Assembly: GCA_052168235.1 (NCBI GenBank)
Contig: JBQLZK010000051.1
Coordinates: 211 to 54,646 of the forward strand
DNA length: 54,436 nt
Reading direction: 5' to 3'
DNA from: Thainema sp.
GTDB lineage: Bacteria > Cyanobacteriota > Cyanobacteriia > Phormidesmidales > Phormidesmidaceae
The position numbers and the translations under genes are program-made. The notes under the pieces were generated by a model, which was given only the letters and a program-made list of their open reading frames with translations, had not been told where the DNA came from and ran no database searches. The number at the start of each line of letters is the position of its first letter. Position 1 is the first letter of the stretch. Below are positions 10,808 through 19,700 of this stretch, piece by piece.

Positions 10808-10908
10808 TATGAAGTCCGGTTGAAAACCCAGAATTTATTTTTTGTGAAAGGCTTGCTCCGCAAGCCTTTCACAAAAAATAAGTTGGGTTCTTATACGCGG
10901 ACTTGATA
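10806..10908. repeat. ~100-bp palindromic element, family C, copy 1
   Basis: AAGTCCG...CGGACTT ends; central TTATTTTTTGTGAAAGGCTTGC-TCC-GCAAGCCTTTCACAAAAAATAA; homologous to 15018-15120 and 52105-52203. Confidence 0.9.
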
Positions 10909-10992
10909 TTAGATAAAGATTTTTGTCAGATCGGCCAGCTTGAGCAAACTCTCGCTTTAGGCTAAACACGAAAGAGTAGCCCATAGCATGCG

Positions 10993-11721
10993 TTGATGAC
11001 GATGACCCCAGAACAAGCCACAGAAATTCTGCGTCTACGAGATGCCAAAGCAACCCCTAAGCAAATTGCTCGCAAACTGGGGCTGAGGCCCGCAGAGGTG
11101 AAAACCTTCATTCAGCAACATGCGGAGGACGTGTATCTCCAAAAAGCTCAGGATGGAACCTTGGAGCCAGTTTACGAATGCTTGGTTAACCAAAGTGCAG
11201 CTCAGCGGCTTTTGGAAGGTGTAGATCTGGATGAGGAAGAAGGAGTCGGTGGTTTTTGCCAGTTGATTTTAGCTCGGCAAGAAAGCAACCGAATTATCTC
11301 GGCTGTATACCTAGTTGACTATTGGTGTTTGGGGGTGAAAGATGTCATCCCTGCCCAAAAAACGGGTAAGAGTGGATATGAACGGTTCAAACGGCTCTGC
11401 ACAGAACGGTTTGAGGAACCGTTTATCGACATTTCTCTCGAATAAGCCCAATCGATTGTTTATGGTGCGGTTGACTATGCTCGCAGCTTAGGGCTTGAAC
11501 CCGCTCGCGATTTTGATAAAAAGGCTCAAATGCATTTGGGGCCAAGACCTGAGCCGTTAATTCCCATAGAGTTTGGTAAAGATGGGAAACCGTTTTACTT
11601 CAGCGGGCCTTATGATAATGCCGAAAAAATCATCAAGACTTTAGAGACAAATGTCGGCATTGAAAACTTTGACTACATAGTGCCAATCGGTGACAGTGGC
11701 GATCTGGACTTCTTGGAGTGA
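10993..11721 (+). pseudogene. HTH-containing hypothetical protein interrupted by an in-frame TAA at 11443-11445
   Basis: ORFs 10993-11445 and 11530-11721 are in the same frame; reading continues as E*AQSIVYGAVDYARSLGLEP. Confidence 0.8.
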
Positions 11722-11751
11722 TGAGGCCTTCAACGCTGAAAAGGCTTTAGG

Positions 11752-11846
11752 AAAAGTGCGATCGCAGTTTTATACATACACTTTTGGGCTGGAAGTGCGA
11801 TCGCAGTTTTATGCATATACGACGGGTTTGAAAAAGTGCGATCGCG
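11752..11846. repeat. ~40-bp imperfect tandem repeat built on AAGTGCGATCGC
   Basis: HIP1 at 11758, 11797 and 11838; AAGTGCGATCGCAGTTTTAT repeated. Confidence 0.8.
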
Positions 11847-11929
11847 CTTTGTACCCTAATGCCATCAGTTATCAAGAGGTTGAGATTGTGGCATGGTGGT
11901 AGGTGTTGGATAAATCTGGTATAGAGGAT

Positions 11930-12133
11930 GTTATCCAGCATTAATCATCACATCTGATGGATAACACCCTGAAAACGGGGAGTTAGACAGCAAACTTTCT
12001 GTTTAATTCCTGAAAAAGTAGGTGTTATCCCGCAAACCTGACGTACAACTACGGTTATCCCGCAGATGTGACGTATAACTACGGAATGTGGGGGTGTTAT
12101 CCATCAGATCTGACGTTGAATATATAGTTGTAC
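11930..12133 (+). other. Putative integron attI-like site with direct repeats
   Basis: GTTATCC..CA(G/A)A..TGACGT motif at 12024, 12054 and 12096 plus an inverted copy around 11946-11969; ends in AT-rich GAATATATA then G/TTGTAC crossover core. Confidence 0.55.
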
Positions 12134-12207
12134 CGCTTGAGATGGAGGTTCCTGTTTGCTGGTTTTCTCCATCCTCTACCACTTCTACCCAAATTGTGAT
12201 ATTTTTT

Positions 12208-12331
12208 GGATTGTTGAAGGGGAGTAGCTTGGGCTATATCAGCCCGTTATCTGAATCAACATACTGGCGATGAGCCTGGTTCAGGTAGCAAATTAGCTTT
12301 CTAATTTGTCAGCGAGACCTTCACTGAGTCC
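12208..12331 (+). ncRNA. yybP-ykoY manganese riboswitch
   Basis: AAGGGGAGTAGC ... ATCAACATACTGG ... CCTGG ... GCGAGACCTT conserved blocks; P1 GTTGAAGG/CCTTCAC; lies upstream of a TMEM165/GDT1 gene. Confidence 0.85.
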
Positions 12332-12362
12332 ACGGAGAGAGTGGGCTTGGTGGGGTCTTTTT
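12315..12362 (+). terminator. Intrinsic terminator forming the riboswitch expression platform
   Basis: AGACCTTCACTGAGTCCAC pairs with GTGGGCTTGGTGGGGTCT followed by a T-run; overlaps the 3' strand of the aptamer, consistent with an ON switch. Confidence 0.7.
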
Positions 12363-12408
12363 AGATATCCGTCATGCCTGCTCAATCCACTATGAGCTGG
12401 AGTAGTGC

Positions 12409-13032
12409 ATGAACTTTCTGACAGGATTTACATCCGGGTTGTTACTGATTACGCTGTCGGAACTCGGCGACAAAACCTTTTTTATTGGCGCTATTTTAGC
12501 CATGCGCCATCCCCGGCGGTGGGTATTTCTGGGTGTAACAACGGCGTTAGCGGCCATGACCTTATTGTCGGTCTGGATTGGTCAACTGGCATCATTTTTT
12601 CCCAAACACTATGTTCAAGGCATTGCCGTAGCTCTGTTTATTGGCTTCGGGTTAAAACTGCTTTATGATGCCAGCCGCATGTCTGGCAAAGAGACTCTAG
12701 ATGGGGAACAGGCCGAAGCCCTGGAAGCGGTTGAGCAGCGAGAGCAGGGCATCGCCACTTGGTCGGCCAGAGCCGTGGTAATGGAAGCCTTTACCCTCAC
12801 TTTTATTGCCGAGTGGGGCGATCGCACCCAAATTGCCACCATTACCCTGGCCTCTTCTCACCATCTCTATGGCGTGCTGTTGGGAGCCATCCTGGGCCAT
12901 GCTATCTGTGCCGCCATTGCAGTATCCTGCGGCAAACTCATCGCTGGGCGCATTTCCGAGCGCCTGATGACAGCCCTGGGTGGTGCCTTGTTTATCGGTT
13001 TTGGCATCCTTGCTGCCATAGAAAGCGCTTAA
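12409..13032 (+). CDS. TMEM165/GDT1 (UPF0016) Mn2+/Ca2+ exporter
   Basis: Two ExGD(K/R)T motifs, SELGDKTF and AEWGDRTQ; multiple TM helices. Confidence 0.93.
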   Translation: MNFLTGFTSGLLLITLSELGDKTFFIGAILAMRHPRRWVFLGVTTALAAMTLLSVWIGQLASFFPKHYVQGIAVALFIGFGLKLLYDASRMSGKETLDGEQAEALEAVEQREQGIATWSARAVVMEAFTLTFIAEWGDRTQIATITLASSHHLYGVLLGAILGHAICAAIAVSCGKLIAGRISERLMTALGGALFIGFGILAAIESA

Positions 13033-13091
13033 TTATCACCTGTTATTGCTTGAGACGTTTGATTCAACCTTAGATCCAATTCACTAAAACG

Positions 13092-13811
13092 ATGATCAAG
13101 AAGATTTCCCCCTCCCGTCCCTATCAACCGTTCCTCCTACGGGTTTTGCATGGCCTGACGGGACTGTTCCTGATTGCCGCCATTTTGACGGCCTACTGGA
13201 CTTACGACACCTACGATGGGCGCTGGGGACGCATTCCCCTGCCCGCTTATCAGAACATTGAGGGGATCCACGGAACTTTTGGTTTATGGACTTTGTTGGT
13301 ATTCCCGGCCTTTGTGATCTATGCCTTTCACCGGGGACAGAAACGGCTGATGCAGTCTGATTCTCTGAGCAAGCTGACTCAGGTAGGCAAACCCATCTGG
13401 TGGTACACCTTGAATCGTGTGACCAACACCCTGGCCCTGCTGGCCTTAACCTTTGCCCTATTCAGCGGCAAGATGATGGACGAGACCTGGTTGCCCGAAG
13501 GAGAGTTAAATCATGGTTGGTACTACGCTCACCTGATTTCGTGGGTGGTGATGGTAGGTGCGATCGCGCTGCACCTGCTGATGAATGCGAAGGTTGGCGG
13601 ATCTCCATTGCTGCTGTCAATGTTGATCTGGCAGTTTCGTGACAAAGATAGCCCCACCCTCTGGCCAGCTCATGTCTCCCAGTGGTGGTCACAGGTTCAG
13701 CAAGAAGCTTGGACAAATTGGTTCCAACCAATGACGGCGATGATCGCCCTGGAAATTCTAATTCTGGTGAGTATCGTGGCTGGCTGGATTATTCCGCTGT
13801 TTAAGTACTAG
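13092..13811 (+). CDS. Cytochrome b/b6-like (b561 / Ni-hydrogenase cyt b family) membrane protein
   Basis: TM helices with conserved His (LRVLHG, GIHGTFG, YYAHL, IALHL). Confidence 0.75.
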   Translation: MIKKISPSRPYQPFLLRVLHGLTGLFLIAAILTAYWTYDTYDGRWGRIPLPAYQNIEGIHGTFGLWTLLVFPAFVIYAFHRGQKRLMQSDSLSKLTQVGKPIWWYTLNRVTNTLALLALTFALFSGKMMDETWLPEGELNHGWYYAHLISWVVMVGAIALHLLMNAKVGGSPLLLSMLIWQFRDKDSPTLWPAHVSQWWSQVQQEAWTNWFQPMTAMIALEILILVSIVAGWIIPLFKY

Positions 13812-13899
13812 CTTCAAGCGTCAAGGGAAAATTGGCAAAGACCGTTCATCATCGCTGCTTTCCCCTTGAATTGCTAGTGAAGCATCTTTACTTACAGCG

Positions 13900-13985
13900 G
13901 TACAACACTTCGTTGGTGCGGACGGCACAAAGGTTATCGGTGGATGTTCGAGGTTATCTGCCGCAGTACAACTTCACCGTTAGCC
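13900..13985 (+). other. Integron attC site (86 bp)
   Basis: R'' GTACAAC, 5 nt, L'' GTTGGTGC (extra G) ... CGGCA/TGCCG stem ... L' GTACAAC, 6 nt, R' GTTAGCC. Confidence 0.75.
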
Positions 13986-13987
13986 CG

Positions 13988-14052
13988 ATCGCACTTTTAC
14001 CTTATCTAGGAATCGCACTTTTACCTTATCCATACACTGCACTTACCTTATC
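13988..14052. repeat. ~24-bp tandem repeat ATCGCACTTTTACCTTATC (2 full copies plus 1 partial)
   Basis: Units at 13988, 14012 and about 14039. Confidence 0.8.
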
Positions 14053-14177
14053 TATCGGCTTACAGCACCCCAACTTTTGCCTAATCACGCAATGTACCTT
14101 TTCGGTTAACCGAATCTTTAGGTAGGGTTTTACCGCTTTACCTGATTTTGCGCTGAGTATAGGATTTGTTTAGTGAA

Positions 14178-14191
14178 CGAACGATCGTTCG
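14178..14191. promoter_or_regulatory. Putative TetR operator CGAACG-AT-CGTTCG (autoregulatory)
   Basis: Perfect palindrome just upstream of the likely tetR start; same GAACG-NN-CGTTC core at 15196-15207. Confidence 0.6.
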
Positions 14192-14195
14192 CAAT

Positions 14196-14882
14196 GTGCA
14201 ACTCAAGCAGTTGAGTGTTCCCGTGTCCGATATCTCCTCAGCGTCATCTAAAAAACGCGATCGCAGTCGAGCTGCCATTTTGGCAGCAGCGCTTGATTTG
14301 TTTACCGAGCGGGGTTACGACGGCACTTCGATTGATGACATTCGGAAAGCCGTTGGATTCCGCTCCAAGTCAAGCCTGTATGCTCACTTTGCCAGTAAAG
14401 AAGCGATCGCAGAAGCCTTGCAGACCCACATTTTTGAGCAGATGAATCTCATACTGCTGCAATCGGGTGCAACTGCCGGAGCTGATCCCCTAGATCGGTT
14501 AACGGCCAGTCTGCGGGCTGCGATTCGCTGGGCCTTGACCCATCCCAAAGAGCACACGTTTCGCTTTATTCGCAATCAGCAAGAACGCTTGCTCAGTGGG
14601 CGATTCGACTACATGCGTGATCCCAAGTCCGACATCTATGTCCATATGTTTAAGCTGATGGCTGAACTGCGCCAGCACTATCCCGTACGTGCGATCGCAG
14701 ATCAAGCATTAGTGAGTTTAGTCGCGGGTGTCGTCAGTCGGTCGGTGATTGACCAGGAAGCCTTTGGTGCAATTCCGCTGGAAGAGACAGTAGAGCAGGT
14801 GCTCACCGTTTGTCTTGCGATTGTGTTGGAGTCCGAAAACCTGCATTCCATTGAGCTATCCGAGGCATCGTCTGAGGCGTAA
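14196..14882 (+). CDS. TetR/AcrR-family transcriptional regulator
   Basis: ILAAALDLFTERGYDGTSIDDIRKAVGFRSKSSLYAHFASKE HTH; start uncertain (GTG at 14196 or 14223). Confidence 0.9.
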   Translation: MQLKQLSVPVSDISSASSKKRDRSRAAILAAALDLFTERGYDGTSIDDIRKAVGFRSKSSLYAHFASKEAIAEALQTHIFEQMNLILLQSGATAGADPLDRLTASLRAAIRWALTHPKEHTFRFIRNQQERLLSGRFDYMRDPKSDIYVHMFKLMAELRQHYPVRAIADQALVSLVAGVVSRSVIDQEAFGAIPLEETVEQVLTVCLAIVLESENLHSIELSEASSEA

Positions 14883-15017
14883 AGAGATTGCTGTTTTTTG
14901 TTTCCGTTAGCACGAGTACTCTCGAACGAGTTTGCGTCGTTTGATATATTTTGTGGTCAGAGCAAAAAAGAAGGTATAAATGATATTGGATTAAAGCTGG
15001 ATTTGAGCTGTTACTTG

Positions 15018-15120
15018 TATCAAGTCCGTGTATCAGAACCCCATTTTATTTTTTGTGAAAGGCTGGCTAAGCCAGCCTTTCACAAAAAATAAATAATTGT
15101 TTTTTAGCCGGACTTCCTTA
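15018..15120. repeat. ~100-bp palindromic element, family C, copy 2
   Basis: TATCAAGTCCG...CCGGACTT; TTTGTGAAAGGCTGGC-TAA-GCCAGCCTTTCACAAA. Confidence 0.9.
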
Positions 15121-15192
15121 TTAAATCGGGGTTGGTGAGTAGCATGACCTGCGTAAACCTTCCCCCAGTTGACGTTCTAACGTGTAGCTATT

Positions 15193-15210
15193 AAAGAACG
15201 TTCGTTCTTT
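15193..15210. promoter_or_regulatory. Putative TetR operator AAAGAACG-TT-CGTTCTTT upstream of the GH3 operon
   Basis: 8-bp inverted arms downstream of a TTGACG -35-like hexamer at 15169 and upstream of the GGAG RBS. Confidence 0.6.
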
Positions 15211-15226
15211 ATTGGGAGAAATACTC

Positions 15227-15981
15227 ATGACTCACCTCTTTTTGTCTGCCGTTACGATGGTCGCCACCTATCAGAAAGCGCGATTTATGCGGCAGCTTCG
15301 TAATGTGGAAGCCACTCAAACCCAGTTCCTCCAATCCATCCTCAAAGCCCATGAGCAGACAGTGTTAGGTCAAGAACTAGGACTGGCCGACATTCACACG
15401 ATTGATCAATTTCGCGATCGCATTCCTGTGCGGCCCTACAGCTTTTTTGACCCCTACATTGAGCGGATGGCGCAGGGTGAAACCAATGTGCTGACCGCAG
15501 AACCCGTGATTTACTTCAACACGATCAGCGGTTCCACCGGGAAGCGAAAGCTAATGAGTTTCATGTCATGCAGGTGATGCAGCGCCTCCAGCAGTGGTTT
15601 GGTGTTTCATTAACAAACTTTTGCGTTACCCTGTCGGAGGGAAACATTCCGGCGCATTACTGGGTCAACATTGAATTAGCCCCTGGTCATCAACTGCCGC
15701 TAGCGGCTGACTTCATCCGAAAATTCGATCTAGCCTTAACCGAGCTGCATTATAACTATGCCCGTAAGCAGAGCGATCGCCAAGTTCCGGCTCCCGGTTT
15801 ACGTATCCTAGCGCCCGGCAGCTTTGACCAAGTTCGTCAGCAGTTAATTGCGCGGGGAGCCGCAGAATTCCGGGTGAAATTTCCGCTGGTCAGCGAAGAT
15901 CGGCATCTGCTGGCGGGTTTGACCGTTGAGCAGGAAGTGAAGCCCGTTGTTATTGACTTAGCGCTGTCCTCTAATCGCTAA
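15227..15981 (+). pseudogene. GH3-family acyl-amido synthetase with a large internal deletion and frameshift
   Basis: N-terminal part (FRDRIPVRPY..PYIERMAQGE..ISGSTGKRK) joined out of frame to the C-terminal part (KANEFHVMQV..PAHYWVNIEL..VKFPLV); GH3 proteins are normally about twice this length. Confidence 0.75.
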
Positions 15982-15995
15982 CTGCTGAGGTACTT

Positions 15996-16697
15996 ATGGC
16001 TCGAATTCGTAAACGGCGATCGCGCCTGCTCAATCCCACGAATCTGATTGCCTTGGCAATCCTATCAGGCTGTCTGCTGGCGGGCGGTTGGCTGACCTAC
16101 CAGGCAGATCTATGGAGCGCTTCTCCGGATCAGTGGATGGAGCGCATCAGTCAGCTCGGCTGGCAGGGCGTGGTGTTCTTTATTCTCTTTCTCGCAACTG
16201 CGATTGTGATTGGGCCAATTCCCAGTACGCCGTTTACGATTGCGGCAGGTGCGGTTTGGGGGCCAATCCTGGCGGGGCTATATGGTATTATCGGCATTTT
16301 CATTGGCAGCCTGATTGCTTACTTTATTGGCCGCACGCTGGGTCGTTCAACGGTGAAGGCGCTGACGGGTAAGGTGGTGCATTTCTCGACGCATCGCGGC
16401 GAGTTCTACGTCGGCTGGGTGATTATGATGGCCCATATGATTCCGGTCATGCCCTATGAGCTGTTTAGCTACGGTGCTGGGATTTCGGGGCTGTCGCTGC
16501 CGATTTTTGCCAGCACCTGTCTGCTGGGGATTATTCCCTGTACGCTGCTGCTGACTCACTTGGGTTCGGTTTTGACGTTGAGCGTACCATTTGCGATCGC
16601 AGTGATCGGCTTAGCCGTGTTAGTGCTAGGTACGTTAGGCTGGGGCGTCAAACGCTACAACTGGTTTGGCCTCAAAGATGTGATTTCATTTCATTAG
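15996..16697 (+). CDS. TVP38/TMEM64 (DedA/VTT superfamily) membrane protein
   Basis: PIPSTPFTIAAGAVWG, AYFIGRTLG, IPVMPYELFSYGAG. Confidence 0.9.
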   Translation: MARIRKRRSRLLNPTNLIALAILSGCLLAGGWLTYQADLWSASPDQWMERISQLGWQGVVFFILFLATAIVIGPIPSTPFTIAAGAVWGPILAGLYGIIGIFIGSLIAYFIGRTLGRSTVKALTGKVVHFSTHRGEFYVGWVIMMAHMIPVMPYELFSYGAGISGLSLPIFASTCLLGIIPCTLLLTHLGSVLTLSVPFAIAVIGLAVLVLGTLGWGVKRYNWFGLKDVISFH

Positions 16698-16705
16698 GAT
16701 TTAAC

Positions 16706-19700
16706 ATGAGCGGTATTAGACACCAGCGCGGGCGATTTCCCTTCATGCGCCCGATGCTGCGTCGGTTAATGTTACCATCCGGTATTATCGTCAGCAGCAT
16801 CGGGCTACTCGGCAGTGTGGGATACCATCAGGGGCAGAGCTATGTGCGATCGCAGCTTGTTCCCCAGATTGCCGCCGATTTGAGCCAGAGCTTCAATCGT
16901 CCGGTGCAGCTTGGTGAGGTGGAGTATGTCTCGTTATCCGGTATACGGCTGGGGGCATCTGCGATTCCGGCCACAGCAACAGATGCCGATTGGGTAACAA
17001 TGGAAGCGGTTGATATTCGATTTGATCTGCTGACTAGTTTGCGAACAGGGCGAGTTGATCTCGATATAACGCTGGTGCGGCCACAGCTTTGGCTGGATCA
17101 GGATGCGGCAGGTGATTGGCTCGATACGGAGCTGGTTCTGCAAGAAGATGAGCGGATTACCGTGCGGCGAATTCGGATTGAGGACGGTGCGATCGCACTG
17201 GTTCCTGATCCGGTGTGGATGAACGGCACCGGGGTTTTACATCGTCGAGCAGTGGTTGAGCTACCGTCTCAGGTGGACTTTTCGGCAGTAACTGTTGACT
17301 TGAAGCTTGATCAAGACATGGAGCAGATCGCCGTCAAGGTACAGGCAGAATCAACCCTTGGTGGACGGTTTAAACTCAACGGGAACGCGAATTTGAGCGC
17401 TGGCACGGGCGAGCTGAAGTTGAATACAGTGGAATTATCAACAATTCCATTTGATTTAGCGCTACCTCCTGGAATTCGCTTTACTGATGGGCAGATTACG
17501 ACGCAGCTAACCGTGCAGCTTGATCCCGATCAGGCTCCTCTGGTCAATGGTACAGCAACATTAGAGAATGTCGCGGCCTGGGTTGAGGGGGAACCCAATC
17601 CCTTTACTGAAACTCGCGGCAGGTTGACAATTGACAACGACACGATTCAGCTCACGGACGGAGAAATCCGCTACGGCAAGATTCCGTTCTCCGTTCACGG
17701 CCAAATTCACTTGCAAGAGGGACTGGATCTTTACGCCCAGGTGCAATCGGTGAGCGTACCGGATTTCATGCAGACATTCAGCTTTGAACTGCCTGTTGCT
17801 GCCACAGGTGCGCTGAAAACCACCAATTTGCGCGTCACTGGGCCATTGGCCGCAGCGGTATTTTGGGGTACGGTTGCCGATGCTGAGCCGATTCAGATTG
17901 ACCGAGTTACCTTTGCCCGCGCCCAAACAGAGTTCAGCTTTGATACGGGGTCTGACCAGCTTAAGCTGCGCGAGACAACCTTTATTCCAGCCGTTGGGGG
18001 GCAACTGGTTGCCAATGCCGATATTCAACTTGATGATGGTGATAACGATCAGGTGGAGCTGACAGTACAGGCTCAGGATATAGCCGGATCTGCAATCGCA
18101 ACTCTCTACGATGTCAGTTTACCTACCGAAACGCTTGATCGGGTGCAGGCTACGGCTCAAGTTTCTATTGCTCAGCAAACGCCTGAAGTTATTGTAGATT
18201 GGGCGACTCAAGTAACGGGCTATGATGCTAAAGGTCAGTTTGCCGTCACCGATCAGGGCATGACGATGCCTCACGCCGTTGTCCACGTTGATGATGGGCA
18301 AGTTCAGGCTACAGGCGCACTTGTGGATAGCAGATGGCAAGCGGCAGTGTCGGCTACTAATCTAACATTATCTCGCTGGTTGGCAGATTTACCAGGCGTT
18401 TTAGAAGGTGATCTGGTACTTGCAGGTGACTTGACGACATTGGATTTAACTACTGTAACTGGTCAAGGTCAAGCGGTTATGCAGATTGCCGATAGTCAGC
18501 TAAAGGCTGATATTGCGATCGCACAGGGTAATTGGCAGTCTTTGATCCATAGTCAAAACCTATTGCTACAGCAGTTTACGCCCCAGTTAATGGGTCAAGT
18601 GAGCGGCGAGGTGATGCTGTCAGGGTCATTGACCCATTTTGATCCGCAGCAGATGCAGATTGCGGGACAAGTGGCTTTACCATCGGGGATTAACCAGTTT
18701 CGTCAACCGATTGCCGCCGCATTTGAATGGCAGGATAACCGTCTTGATTTACATCAGGCAACGGCTCCCGGCATGGCTGCTCAAGGCTGGGTGATAACTG
18801 GCTGGAGCGCAACTGGAATGCCCAATATCACTGAGTTCGATTTAGCATTGCAGGTGCAAGATTATGATTTAGCTATATTGCCGCTGGAGCTGCCAGAAGC
18901 CTTACAGCTTAAAGGTCAAACTAGTTTAGCTGGACGATTCATAGGTGATCTAGACAATCCCCAGCTCCAGGTACAGCTTCAGGTTCAAAACCTAGCATTT
19001 AATCAAATCGCCTTTGAACCGAGTCTTCTGGGCACTGTTCAGTTTTCGCCCCAAGGCTCAAGTTTGGATTTAGCTGGACAGCGAGATGCGATCGCACTTT
19101 CTCTGGATTCCACATTTCAGCCGCAGACCGCTCAAGTCGCTTGGAACGGGGCCACTGCTCACGGTGAGTTTCGCGACACTCAGTTAACGGCTAGCATCCG
19201 AGATTTACCCATTGAACAGCTACCGCTACCGCCAGCGCTACTTGCCGATAGCCCTATACAGTCCGTTGGCGGCCTTTTATCCGGTCAGTTCAATGCTGAA
19301 TTGGGTGATCGAATACCTGCGATCGCAGCAAATATTCAGATTGATCGCCCCAGTTTTGTGGCGAATGGTCAGCACTACGCCCGATCGGTTGACGACCAGC
19401 TCACGGCTCAGTTCCAGTACGCTGATGGTCGTATATCTCTTGTAGATAGCGACCTACGGCTGGGCAACAGCCGCTTAACGTTGCAGGGTGAAGCCTCAGT
19501 CAGTCAACTTACTCAAGCAACGGGTGAGCTGACGGTGCAGCAGGGGGATTTGCAGGATGTGCTGTGGCTGGCACAACGGGTGTTACCTCACGATGTACCA
19601 CTGACATCTATCAGCTCAACTTTAGCTGATGCCACCTCTAATGTGACCCTTTTAGAGTCTCTCCCGATTACTTCTCGTCTGGAGGATTGGAACGGATTGA

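Larger units (their letters stand above)
12128..13979 (+). mobile_element. Putative integron gene cassette (two genes plus a riboswitch)
   Basis: GTTGTACCGCT (12127-12137) is the exact reverse complement of AGCGGTACAAC (13896-13906), the R'' end of the downstream attC. Confidence 0.65.

Noticed and set aside
10835..11053. ORFs ending in ..FCE...FHKK (10835-11053, 14898-15092, 51906-52175) as a peptide family
   Set aside because: The shared C-terminus is just translation of the family C palindromic DNA element.
11690..11941. Short ORFs (11690-11902 +, 11747-11941 -) as an integrase remnant
   Set aside because: The translations simply reflect the tandem repeat and show no tyrosine-recombinase or IntI motifs.
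11752..12120. Possible CRISPR array from ~30-40-bp repeats
   Set aside because: Only 2-3 imperfect copies, no unique spacers of regular length, and no cas genes; better explained as tandem or attI-type repeats.
13979..15000. A second integron cassette containing tetR
   Set aside because: No downstream attC with the expected GGGCTAAC R'' end was found after tetR.
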